In this document: positions 1 to 11,836 of the stretch, piece after piece
How positions within the stretch are numbered: the first letter of the stretch is position 1
How the letters are laid out: each line of letters starts with the position of its first letter
DNA from: Chrysemys picta bellii
Taxonomy: Eukaryota
Length of the DNA stretch: 64,000 nucleotides
Direction of reading: 5' to 3'
Assembly (NCBI RefSeq): GCF_011386835.1
Contig: NC_088795.1
Coordinates: forward strand, 46,066,001-46,130,000
Made by a program: the position numbers and the translations under genes
Notes under the pieces: model-generated
Told to the model about the DNA's origin: nothing
Seen by the model: only the letters and a program-made list of their open reading frames with translations
Databases searched by the model: none

Positions 1-612
1 CTGCTCCTAACTGTCCTCCAGAACCCCACCCCCTACCTAAGCCTCCCTGTTCCTTGTCCCCTAACTGCCCCCTCCTAAGACCCCCCCTAACTGCCCCCCA
101 GGACCCTACCCCCTACCTGTACCCTGACTGCCCAAAACCTTATCCACACCCCCACCCCCAGAAAGCCCCCCCCCCGACTCCTCCCCCCCGTCTCTTGACT
201 GCCCCCTCCAAAACCTCCCTGCCCCTTCTCCGACCCCCTGGCCCCCTTGTTGTTGGCCTTCGCCTAACGTCTCTGTGAGCTTGCTCAGGAAGGACCTGAG
301 TCGTTCGTCCCGTCCTGGCACGCAGGGCAGCAGCGGGGGAGGAGCTCCAGACTGCTGGAGGCGAATGCAGGGAGGGAGGGAGAGAGAGAGGGAGTGAGCT
401 CTGCTGCAGGGGAGAGGAGGGGGAAGTGGAGGAGGGGCTCTCTCTGGCTGTCGGAGCCCCATGTAAGTGGCACCATCCGGCCGGCTGCCCTGTTAGCCGC
501 GCGTGCTCTGCATGGGGGGGGAAGTCCGGACATTTACAAATTCCCCCCGGACGCTATTTTTAGCTCAAAAAGCCGGACATGTCCGGGGGAATCCGGATGA
601 ATGGTAACCCTA
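1..612. mobile_element. hAT-type non-autonomous DNA transposon, cut off by the window edge
   Basis: Ends in ...gccggacatgtcc...ATGGTAACCCTA, the reverse complement of the terminus of the TSD-flanked element at 20315. C-rich internal repeats. Confidence 0.75.
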
Positions 613-1333
613 GATTTTCCTGAATTGGGGCCCTAGTGAAGAACTCCGCCTACTTCAGAAGCTTCACAAGCCAAATTGCTATACAGGGCAATGAGACTGG
701 ATGGACTTCAACTCCATCTCTGGAAAGGGGTAAGTTTTGCTGGAAACATGACAAATACACATCTCAATTATTCATTCACTGTCAAAGTGTGCAGAACACC
801 ATGCAATACATAAAAATAAAGACAGTCTCTGCCCCAAAGAGTTTATAATCTAGGAGACAGACAGAAAGATAGCAAAGTCTTTCCAGGTCGGCAGCTATGG
901 AGGTTAATATGAACTGGGCAGAGCCCTATATGCGTTTCAAATTCTATATACTAGGTATATCAGGGCTGAATTACTGACACTAGCGTCCATAACATTTTGC
1001 TTTTATTGGTTTGTATCTCAGCCATACATCACTAAGCTTTGTTTACTAAAAAGTGAGGATGCATGAGTCACAGAAGCTAGCCACTTTGAATAATACAAGG
1101 CTTTACATTTTTAATGTAAGTGCTCAAGATGTAAACATTATTATTCTAGTTCTTTAAAACAGTGGTCATATTATCGCTATGTTCTTTTGAAAATTCTATC
1201 CTTTACTCTTATAATTTCAGTGAATTTTATTTTGATAAGTAGCCAAAGATAATTTTCAACAGAAGTGGAAGTATCCATAACAAACTATCCACAATATTCA
1301 AACAAGGAAATGTTTTAGTTTCTATTTAATTAC

Positions 1334-1478
1334 CTGAATATAGCAAAGATTAGAATAATATTAATAACTCCTAGGAAAGCTCCCAGTAGAACTGGTGCTG
1401 TGAACATGTTCACCTGGAGATCAATGATTTCCCATGTCACTCCTTTTTCTCCAATCAGAGAGAAGCAAGTCTGAAAAA
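1334..1478 (-). CDS. MFSD8: MFSD8 coding exon 6 ([49 protein letters not shown]); gene continues left of the window
   Basis: 145 nt, cttaag| acceptor and |gtaatt donor. Not in the supplied ORF track; translated by hand. Confidence 0.95.
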
Positions 1479-2663
1479 CTTAAGATAAAAAAATTACCTC
1501 AGGAAATTCAAACATTAAAATTATTAATGCATTATCTTTGGGGAATCCAGTGCACAGTCATCTGATGGACACCAATGGGATCCTAACTATCTGGAAATAC
1601 ATGCAGCTTGTAGAACATGCAATCCCCAGAAAGCCATATGAATATACTCAACAAACAGCAGTGTGACACTAAGAACAAGTCAGTCAGCTGCACAAGGCCA
1701 AGAAAGGAAAATTATCTAGCTCCACACCTACCATCTACTTGTGATTCTCTGTAGTTGAACTGGATGTGCTAACTCCATCTACCCATCTATAGGAATGTCC
1801 TAGCATGGGATGGGGGTATCCCTTCTGCTAGGTCCAACAGAAGGGAAACAGACTCCAAAAAAATTAAACACTAAACAGGTGATGAGTGGGAGCAAGAGTG
1901 TGTGAATATATGTAAGAGCTCCTCCCCTGCCTAGCCTATGATCATCAGGAACTTGGCTGAGTGCCTATCAAAATGGAGAATGGGAAGGAAGAATGCACCC
2001 TGTATGCGAGTCATTTAGGGAGACTGCCTCTCTGGTTGTGTAGCCTCTTTAATGCTACTTCCAGGGTTGATTGATAGCCAGCCCCCCACAGAAAACTCTC
2101 ACCCCCTGAGATATAAGGAGATATACTAAACATGCTCAACAGCCATAATTTCCTATGGTAATTGGGCAAGGTGGAGTCTTTAGCTACTTGCGGAATGAGG
2201 TCAGGCTTGCACAGGCACTCAATGCCAAACTCTCATCACCCTAAATAAGGTACAGCTAGTTTGCAGAGTCTTTATGGGCCAGTAGCTGCTGAAGCATTGT
2301 GGAGATGACTTTTTTTGTTTGTTTGTTTCATTTTCTGAACACCATCAACTAGTTAGCAATGGAAGTAACAGTCCAAACCTACTTTGTTAATCCAGTCATA
2401 CCTGGTAAATTGCCACCAAAATTACAGTGAACAGAACTGTACTCATAAACAATTAGACTTTTTTGGAGGTAATATCTGCATAATGAATAAACCACAGCAG
2501 AATGTTAATGTATTCAGTTTAATATTATGACAAAACATGCTCATTTTTGTGCACACTGCTGCTAAGGAGATTCCCAGCCCCAAACTTAATGTCTGATTTT
2601 CTCCTAAATAACAAAAGGAGTGTAATTTGTTTTGGAGGGATGAGGAAATAAGAGATGTTGTAC

Positions 2664-2777
2664 CTGGTCCTAGTATGAATCCTGTTGCTTGACAAGCACT
2701 GGTGTTGGCCATGGCGCTAGTTCTTTCTGTAAGAGAAGTGGCACCAGCAATGTATGATCGAACTACTGCTACATTTC
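2664..2777 (-). CDS. MFSD8: MFSD8 coding exon 5 ([38 protein letters not shown])
   Basis: 114 nt within ORF 2443..2802, tttttag| acceptor and |gtacaa donor. Confidence 0.97.
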
Positions 2778-3081
2778 CTAAAAAAAGATCAAAATGATAC
2801 ATTTAAATCTCCAGTCACAGTTAGTTCAATTCCCCTCCCCCCCCTTATACACCAAACAAGCAGTTTGCTAATGGTACATGTTTCCCTATTATATGCACAA
2901 AAGAAAGTATATAATTTTGCAGGTCTGTACACAGTGTTAGCTAACTACTTGTGTTAATCATTTGGGAAGATATTATTTGCCTAATAAATTATTTTGCTTA
3001 ACATAACCATAAAGCTTGTCCTCTCTTAAGACACAAAATAAATTCATTCATCTTCAGCAGTTTAAATTCTGCTGCAATTAC

Positions 3082-3322
3082 CTGCTCCAAACCCCACAAG
3101 GGCACGAGCAACCAGCATATAGTATTTGTTGTGTGAAGTAGGCAAATGGACATAGGCATAAAGGCAGTTAGCAGCCACAGAAATGGCAGTTGAAACAACA
3201 AGTGGTTCTCTTCTTGGTCTGTAATTGGACCATAAACCAAACAGAGGTGAGGCTATCATTTGTCCAAGACTGTATGAAGAAATAATCCATCCCAAGAAAC
3301 TTGCATCTGCTGTCAGATCAAT
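3082..3322 (-). CDS. MFSD8: MFSD8 coding exon 4 ([12 protein letters not shown]...ALVGFGAG)
   Basis: 241 nt within ORF 3062..3334, ctgcag| acceptor and |gtaatt donor. MFS transmembrane helices. Confidence 0.97.
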
Positions 3323-4795
3323 CTGCAGAAACAAGTAAAGTGATTTTAAAAATTACAGTGTGCTCTTCATCATATCAACAAAAACAATTTTGGAATCAGT
3401 CCCCTACAACCTGCAAGATTCTGTGCTATACCTCTAAAGTGCAGAGCTTACAGCGGAGGGTCAGAGGGCACTATGCAGCTTTAAGCCATCTTTGCACCTT
3501 CCTGAACCTGAAATGCTCCAGAGGCTAGAGAGACCCGCTGCATAACTTTCACTGAGGGCCTGTCACAGCAGTCTCCCCACACTGCCATCATGATCCTCCC
3601 ACCCATAGCATGCCCTCTCTGCTGGAGATTATGGGGGGGGGGGTGTCGTCTTTGGAAGGCAGTTGTCCCACAGTTCCTGCACCAGGGGACTTCTACGATG
3701 GCCGAAATCAAGCTTTTATGGGTCCCTTTACACCACTCCAGCCCTTTTACATGTTGTAAAGAGACTGGAGCAAGGATGAGGCTCTCCCTCATCAATGCAA
3801 AAAAGATTGTAGTATAATAGTCCTTGACACACAGGGATTTTTATCTTCAAAGTTCTGTAGAAATGTTAATTTTTTAAGTCCGGACAACTTGTCCAACATA
3901 CAAATAAATAGGATTCATGTAGTATGTTTACAGCTTCGTTAAAAGTCCTTTTGGGGAAAACAAATTATCTAAAATATCTACAGTTTTCTACCAATTTACA
4001 ATACAACTTGAAGCGAAGTAAGATTGGGAAACCTAATGTTTAAGGATTGACAACATGAACCATTATTAATTGGTAAATTAAAGGACAGATTTTATGTGGA
4101 GTGTTAAAAATTCTCAGAGGCTAGGAGAGGGAATTTTCAGTCTAGTCATTCACTTCCACTTATTGACTTAGTACAACTGTTTTGGTTTTGTTGTTAGAAT
4201 TTCTTATAAAGTGTAATGTTTTCTACTGTACACTCTACAAGCAGACCTCATGTCTCTCTGTGTCTGTATAGTGCTTAGCACAATGGGATATGAATGGAAC
4301 CTACTTCAATAAAGTTAACGAAAAATACCTATCCCCAAATATCCTGATTTTATTCAAATACTATTTAAAACTGCAAGATATTCACGTTTACATCTACATA
4401 TTGCTTTGGCAGTCTTTTCTAAATAAATACAGTACCGCAAATTTAATTAAAAGTACAAAAAAATCAACATGCTACATGGTAGTGCAAATTACTACCGTGG
4501 AAATAAGGATCAATCATTAAAAACAGCAATACAGTATTCCTACGTTAAAGTGTGATTAAAGTGTGAAACAGAAAACTAATTACTGAAAATGTAATAGTTT
4601 AAACTATTAGGGGAGTTTAGATAAATAAGTCCCTGGTCCACCAACGAGATCTATTCCTGTATAGAGCTTGTTGAAGGATTGTGCCTTAAACTGTAAAGTC
4701 CCTATATACCACAATAAAGCTCTAACAGCGATTTTACGTTCTAATAAAGCAGAAAATAAAATCATCATCAATCATCATTGTTAAAATTTACAAAC

Positions 4796-4839
4796 CTTTT
4801 GCAGATATGGCCATACTGACATAATTACAATTGAAAAAC
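4796..4839 (-). CDS. MFSD8: MFSD8 coding exon 3 (GFSIVIMSVWPYLQK)
   Basis: 44 nt, cacag| acceptor and |gtttgt donor. Phase-consistent with neighbouring exons. Confidence 0.95.
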
Positions 4840-5727
4840 CTGTGATGTATTAAAAAAATAAAAACAAGAAAACAGAATTTGAATTACTTTACATTGCTAC
4901 ATGTAATCATTAATCAAGTACTGTAAAATGGATATTATGGGGCTGATTCTTCTGCTTTTTAAAAATACTGTATTCTCAAACTGAAGCTCCACATGGCAAC
5001 CAAAAGTACAATGGATTAAACAGTAATTGCTTTTCAGTTAGAAGAACTCTTATTTAAAATAAGGGCACCATCCTACGTAGATGTGTAAAAAAGTTTAATG
5101 CACTGAACACCTAGAGTGTGATCATGGTCCCACTGAAGTCTATATATAGGTGTTTTCCTCAATCCATATCAGGGAATAGAGCTCTCAAAGAAACAGATTT
5201 TCTTGGTATCAAAAAATAATTTTACATTTAGATTTAATACTTTCTTCAATCCTTCATCAATCTAAGTACCATCCTAATATCACACTAACCAACACAAAAG
5301 TCAAAAATAAGCCGATACCAGAAATCAATTGAATTCACACTTTAATGAGTTTGGCTCTTGGGGTCAAAGAGAAAACTGTTCTGCAGTTTTGATATATTGG
5401 GGAAACAAAAAGTACTGTGATGCCCCAGGAGGAAAAACATCTGCAAGTATATGCATTTTAAAATCCAATATTTGTATTCCAGCATCGCAGAGAAATCCTC
5501 ATTCTTTAATACTAATGGTTGCTATTTACCCTTCCTTTTAATTCATCAACCCTATTTTCTCTATTCACAAGTAGTCATTGCATTTTTATGATATATATAA
5601 AAAATAACTAGTTAGGGAGCAGAAATAGTTTTAATATATAGACTTCTTAGAATTCTCAAATCAAAATAATATATCCATTGTACAAATAGTGTTGAAATTC
5701 TGCTGGATGAATATCAAGATTACTTAC

Positions 5728-5819
5728 CTACACTGCTGAGAAACATTGTAAGGTACATAATACGAATGGACCTCCACCTACTCCTATAATGCTGTTGTGT
5801 TTCCACAACATCTCCATAT
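5728..5819 (-). CDS. MFSD8: MFSD8 coding exon 2 ([31 protein letters not shown])
   Basis: 92 nt, ttcaag| acceptor and |gtaagt donor. Translation matches the MFSD8 [18 protein letters not shown] motif. Confidence 0.96.
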
Positions 5820-7195
5820 CTTGAACAACAATAACAAAAAAAGAAGAAATAATCTCATTTTGTTGTTTAGCTCTTAATGAAGAATTTCTCAGCCTAAAGG
5901 ACATCGAAAGCATTTTTCATAGGTTACCTCAAATTTTACAAATAGTATATGTATTTTGTAGCTTACACTGTTCATTGAAGAATATTAAAACACACATTGT
6001 AAATGAGATTGATTTGTTTCTGACATAAAGCTCATCTTTTGATGAAACACCAGCGTGCACTAAATGGCTTTTCTTTTCTAAAAAGAAATGTTTACCCTAT
6101 TGTATCATGTTTTATTAATGATTGTTACAATAACAAAGTCACATATAGCTCAGCAATATTATATACCTAATAAATATGTCCTCCAATATTTTCCTCTCTT
6201 GGTTGCAGCATTTTGTGGTACGTCTTGCTGAAGTGAAAGACACATCACCTATCACATAGCACATACTTGCTTTTTGGCTCCCACTTCCCTATTAAACTGT
6301 GGTAGCACTGAAGAGAAAAATCAGAAGGTGATATGCCTTTCACTCATGCACCACAGGGCCCTAAAATAGCAAAAGGACAAATCTATTGGAGAACTGCACT
6401 TTTGCCCAGGCTGTATTGTTCTTTTACAAGTAAATTTAACCTTCATACAATATGCTAAACTGGAATCAGTGAGACTGATTTATGTTTGCTTATGCCTAGC
6501 CTCTGAATCCCGCAAGCCATTCGTGTAGGCAAACTCCTTTGTCTCCTCATAGGCATAAGGGTTTATTTGCAACAGATTATAGGACTGGGGCCTAAATCAT
6601 GACTGCTAAACATTCCCTTTCAGTGTTATGAATTTAAAAGAAAAATAAAATGAAACCCTAACAACTGAAAATGACTACAATCAAAAGCGAACCTGACAAG
6701 CCTATTTTCATTATTTCCAGGCTTTGTGAAACGAAAAATGTAAACAAACAACATAACTGGTGAAAAGTTTTTTTTTTTTATCATTCCAAGATAAAAGATC
6801 TAAAGTACTGTTATAGTTACATGAGCAAGAAATATTTTTATATGATGTATGCTGATAGTATCTCTTGAGGATCTGTTTATTTTTCAGAGGCAATAACAAT
6901 TCCAATTTCTTCACAGGATTCTTCTGATTAATTCTATTTGTGAGGGACCATCTCTGTTATAGGTACTTTGACCTGGTCAACATAGTTTTTGTATTAGTAT
7001 AGCTTCCACTTGGTGAGGGTTTTTTTCCCTCCTCTTTGGGGGGGGGGGGTTTGTTGTTTTTGCAGTACCATTCATGTCTACAGATAAGTCCTTAGAAGAT
7101 AACTATTAATCACTTCCGAAGACAAGTGCTTATTTAAGCTTCAGCCTTTTGCTGTGAGGGTGGGGAAAGACGCGTGCCACGTACCACCCAGATAC

Positions 7196-8430
7196 TGTGA
7201 TAAAGCGCTGTATAAAATACCTAGATGAACAACCACAGAGAATGAGGGAGTTATGTGTATTATTTTTTCTAAATATCTCAGTTTCCTTGTTTGATATCCT
7301 GCCTGACTGTACAGAGTTAAATCAAAGGAGGCTGGTGAGGAGAAAGCAAAGAGGAAACAAAACTGTGATAGAACTAATTCTTAAAGGAACAATAGCGGAC
7401 ACTTTTAATTAGCAATGCCCATACCTGGCTTCATTGACACTAGCAAGATTTACTTTTCTGAGGCCTGAGCCTAGACTTAAAGGGGACACTAAAACCTTAC
7501 AGATGTTGGCCTAGGGAAGAAGAGTGATTGAGGTCGTTCTCAGCAGCTGCCCAGATGCTGAAAAAAAACACATAAAAGTAGAGAAAGAATGCATCAAAGT
7601 CATCTGCTCCTCCCAACCTAGAGATGGAGGTAACTGGGCTGAATGGAACACTCCAAAGCTTGCAAGGAAACATTAAGGTTTAGATAGGGGAAGTATGCAC
7701 CCAGGCCTCTATTGTTTTTACTCTTTGCTCTGCATGCTACCTACCTTTGAATGAATAAAACAATGCTTTGTTTTGAAGAAGCTATTTTGAGTCACTTCAA
7801 TCAGCAGCTGCCACAGGCTCCCGGAGGAAAAGGGCTTACAGGTGCCAAACACATCTGTTCCTCTCATGTTAATGCAGTTGGGAAACAAGTGGGCTACCAC
7901 CCAAACTGCCAGTCGCAGAGTGGTTGGTTCCACCTTTGAGAAACAGGCAGGAAGCCAAGCCTAAGTTTTAGGCCCTACTCAGACCCAAGCCCACCCAGCC
8001 CAACTCTTTCCCCACCAAACTTGAGTCAGCACCACCATCACCTCTCCTGCCCATGGGGTCAGTGTGGTGGTGGCTGTGTGTGCCGGAGGCTGTGCCCCCT
8101 GCTCCTACTGTATCTTGCTTGCTGTATGTACTGTGGGATGAGAAACGCTGTGACTCCTTGTCACACTCACTCTGCTGCATACACTGCACAGTGAGGTGGC
8201 AGTAGCAGTCAGAGCAGTGCATGCAACTGTGGCTGTGGAGATCCCATAGGCAGGAGGAGGCACGCCAAACTGACCCTGAATGGGTCTGGTTGTTGCAGTT
8301 GACCTTACCTGGACCCCACACTTGTAGTCAGGTCCCATCAAATTTAGGTTGGTTTGCAGGGCTCTATTGAGGAGGGCAGACCTAAAAGACTGAAAGGGGT
8401 CTAGAGTGCAGCTTGCCCTATAATCATGCC
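7196..8430 (+). mobile_element. Probable LTR-like remnant
   Basis: Starts TGTGATA, has AATAAA at 7754, and the segment near 8400-8430 resembles the end of the solo LTR at 57071. No TSD found. Confidence 0.35.
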
Positions 8431-8905
8431 AACAGCTGACAGATTTTTAAAGATGTGCACAGTATTCTTTGGCATCTTCACTGAGACCAAACCATTTTAC
8501 AGCAGCCACGAGGTGAGTGCAACTTTCACTCATCACCAACGTGGTGAGCTGGAGGCAAAAAAGGAAGGAAAAAAAGGTGATGGGGGCATTCTCCAGTCTC
8601 TGCTCATGCAAGTAACCAAAATGAGACACCACCATACAGATGTTGAAAATACAGCTGGGCAGGCTCTGGGAGGTTTACCAGTGGGCTCCACTTTGGTGGT
8701 GCTTGAATAGGCCTTTGGTCTCTGAAAGCTCCTTGACCTTGGCTCCTCCCTGACTGGATCAAATAACCCAGTTGTGGTATATCCCCCAAATGCTACCCCT
8801 ACTGGGATATCGGTCACAGCAAATTGGATCTGTGTGGCTGGCTCATTTCTTCCAGGGAAGGCAAAGTGTAAATCGCTGTCTGTGTGCTGCACTTTATATC
8901 ACAGT

Positions 8906-10564
8906 CAGTACCGTGTTTACAATGGCTCCGATGGTGCCAGGCCCACACTTGGAAGGGGCCCACAAAGGGTTAATCCAGCCTGGGCCACAGCCCAGCAATG
9001 TGAAGAGTCAGCAACTTCCCAGCACCAGCTGAAACACTCAGCAGCCTGGGGAGCGCAGTGAGCAGGTGCAAAAGGGATTGGCGATGCAGGGTGTGCTGGG
9101 AGTTGTAGTTTGCACACCGCTGTGTTCGGCTGGGGCCCTGGGACCTGCGCTGCCAGCTGCACTACTAGTCCCAGTATGCCCTGCACCATGCTACCAGCCA
9201 CCCAGCTGAAATGGTCGGAGCGGACCAAAAACAAACCCCAAGCAAGGAAATGGTCTGGTGCAGGGAGAGGGTTCCTGGCGCTAATCCCGCTGTGCTCCCC
9301 TCCCCCTTGGAGCTCCTAGCTCCCCCCACCCCTGAGTCTCCCCGACTCTCCTGGGGCAGTGGGCAGCCTACTAGTGAATGTGATGCCCGGGGGCTCCTGG
9401 GCACTGTCTCGACCCTGCACTTCAGAGTGGGGGTCGGTTGTCTGTGGTCCCTGGGAGCGGGGGGGCGCGGTGACAGTGGGGCTTGTCAGTGCTGGCTGCT
9501 GCACTCCCTGCCAGTGGGAATGCCTAGAAACTGCCCCCCTGCACTCGGGGGTGGTGGTGGATGGGGCACGGCACAGCCCAGTTTTGGGGGAAAGGGGCAG
9601 TTGTGGGGCAAGTCAGGGTGCAATGGGGGAGCTGGCTGTGACTCCGTGTGGGGATGTAGGAGAAGCAGGGTGTTAAGGTAGAGGTTGGTGTGACAGGGGG
9701 CAGATGGAGGGAGGGGAGAGTCTGGGTTGAAGGTGGGGTTTGGCTCAGTGTGTGTGGGGGTAGTAGAAGAGAGTGAGGTGACAGCTCTGGGGTGAAAGTG
9801 TGTGTGGGGGTGTGGGCAGTAGCAGGGAGATTGAGGAGAGCCTTTGTTGGGGGTTAGTTGTGTGGGATGGGGACAGTAGGAGGGACGGTGGGGAGAGCCC
9901 ACATGTGAAGATTGGGTTAGGAGTTTGAGGCTGGACTGTGGTAGCCTTTGAGGTAAAGTGTGTGTTTTCTCTCAGTGGCCCTTTCTCCCTGCAAAAGATG
10001 GGCACCAGCAATTTTCCTCCCCACACTCTACCCCAAAGTTTTGTAAACATTATTGTACCAAAGTAGAAAATGCAGTTTTCAAAAAATGTATTTACGAAAC
10101 ATAACTTTGGGAGGAGGAGGAAGGGGTGGGGAGATGCAGGTGCGACACATTGACTGCTACATCCAGGCTTAATATGGTTCCTATTTCTGCTAATTAAGCA
10201 CTTGTGTTCAGGGCCCCAAGCAGGAGCTGAGTGTTTAAAGAAAAAAGACAAAACTAAAACAACCCCCTCCCACACAAACCAAATTCAATGGTATTCTGGG
10301 TACATTGATGTTAGCCCAGTTTGTTCTCTATGGGCTGAGTGGAGGTCTCAGTGTGGCTTCAAATATCTTATTTTGTTATTAAATAAATGTTTTCATTTTC
10401 ATCCCCATCCTGGCAATAACACATTTACTAACACATTAAATTAACACATTTACTGGTGATGTCACATCCGGCCCACACTTGGAAGGGGCCCATCACAACC
10501 ACATAGTGATAGGAGCCTACAAATATGTTTGGCGCTGAGCCCACAAAAAATTAATCAAGCCCTG
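8906..10564. mobile_element. hAT-type element with perfect 8-bp TSD ATCACAGT
   Basis: TSD at 8898-8905 and 10565-10572. Degenerate CAG-initiated TIRs. Exact 23-bp subterminal direct repeat at 8940-8962 and 10470-10492. Confidence 0.8.
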
Positions 10565-11267
10565 ATCACAGTATCTGGGCGGTACCTCACAGCAAAAGGC
10601 TGAAGCTTAAATAAGCACTTGCCTCCGAAAGTGATTAATAGATATCTTCTAAGGACTTATCTGTACACATGAATGGTACTGCTTCAGGTATGCTGAGTTA
10701 CCACTAATACAGAGACTGTGATTCAAAATGCGGCGCACAGAAAGCGATTTACATTTCACCTTCCCTGGGAGAAATGAGCCAGCGGCACAGATACAATTTG
10801 CTACGAGGGATATCCCAGTAGGGGTGGTATTTGGGGGATATACCACAACTGGGTTATTTGACGCAGTCAAGAAGAGCCTAGCAGAGCCCATAGGCTTATT
10901 CAAGCCCTACCCAGTGGAGCCCGCTAAGCGAGTTACCCTGGCTGCCGACTCAGGGAATCTCTGCCTCCCACGCGCCCCGCGCCTCTGCCCCAGGGCGGCT
11001 GCTGGAGCCTGGCTTTCCGCTGCCACTGAGCGACCCGGGCTTGCTGGGCACAATCGGGCTGAACCAGAGCCCCGGGCGAGGGGCTCCACAGCGCTATGCC
11101 CAGCCTCTCGCTGGGGCGCCGGCGGCAGTGCCCGGTGCGGGCTCGCATCACGTGCTGGCGGGTCGGGGTCCCCACTTTACAGCGGGCTGCCGGTGTAGCC
11201 CCACAAAATGCTCCCCTCCCGTTTTGCTACTGGGAGCGGTTTCTGCCACGCAGCGTAGCAGTTTGGT

Positions 11268-11640
11268 AAACACTCCCGGTCTGCTTCCTCTGGGGGGGGG
11301 GGGGGGGGGGATGGTTGCAAAACGGGAGGGATGGGGTTGTGGTGGAAAACACTCCCGGTCTGCTTCCTCTGGGAGGATGGTTGCAAACGGGAAGGATGGG
11401 GTTGTGGTGGAAAACACTCCCGGTCTGCTTCCTCTGGGGGGGATGGTTGCAAAACGGGAGGGATGGGGTTGTGGTGGAAAACACTCCCGGTCTGCTTCCT
11501 CTGGGGGGATGGTTGCAAAACGGGAGGGATGGGGTTGTGGTGGAAAACACTCCCGGTCTGCTTCCTCTGGGGGGATGGTTGCAAACGGGAGGGATGGGGT
11601 TGTGGTGGAAAACACTCCCGGTCTGCTTCCTCTGGGAGGA
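11268..11640. repeat. Tandem array of a ~66-bp unit (about 6 copies) enclosed by 41-bp inverted repeats (11189-11229 and 11659-11699)
   Basis: The unit anchor aaacactcccggtctgcttcctctggg recurs at 11268, 11347, 11412, 11479, 11545 and 11610. Confidence 0.92.
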
Positions 11641-11753
11641 TGCTCAGTACACCCAAAATAGCAAAACGGGAGCGGAGCATTTTGTGGGGCTACACCGGCG
11701 CCGCAGGGTCAGACGGGCCCGGGGGCCTGTAAAGACAGGTGCGGGCGGCCTAC

Positions 11754-11836
11754 CTGCTCTCGTCATCCCCTGCTGAGCTGAGGAGAGGCTCCTGCCCTTC
11801 GGCAGCAAGGGCGGCATCGGCAGTGACCACGGCCAT
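11754..11836 (-). CDS. MFSD8: MFSD8/CLN7 coding exon 1 (MAVVTADAALAAEGQEPLLSSAGDDES-R)
   Basis: ATG at 11836. QEPLL resembles the MFSD8 N-terminus. Donor AG|gtaggc, phase 2, fits the next exon. Lies in the CpG island. Confidence 0.88.

Noticed and set aside
1-1333. Next MFSD8 exon (REHRVDD-like)
   Set aside because: No matching coding sequence with splice sites was found, so the gene most likely continues beyond the left edge.
9110-10275. Long Pro/Gly-rich ORFs, and similar ones at 20467-20882, 48456-49110, 56439-57044, 60987-61581 and 62420-63008
   Set aside because: All lie inside GC-rich interiors of TIR- or TSD-bounded non-autonomous hAT elements. Low-complexity, stop-poor sequence with no transposase similarity.
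10728-11198. ORF with DIPVGVVFGGYTTTGLFD, duplicated as minus-strand ORF 8533..8892, faintly like the TLDc-domain FGGY motif
   Set aside because: Both strands are open, an indel breaks the shared frame soon after GLFD, neither copy has a proper ATG context or splice sites, and the segment starts with TGTGAT like an LTR end. It is best explained as repeat DNA.
11268-11640. Repeat array as a possible CRISPR
   Set aside because: Units are contiguous with no unique spacers, there are no cas genes, and the DNA is vertebrate.
11041-11776. Several overlapping 100-200 aa ORFs with repeated peptides
   Set aside because: By-product of a GC-rich ~66-bp tandem unit. No recognisable protein.
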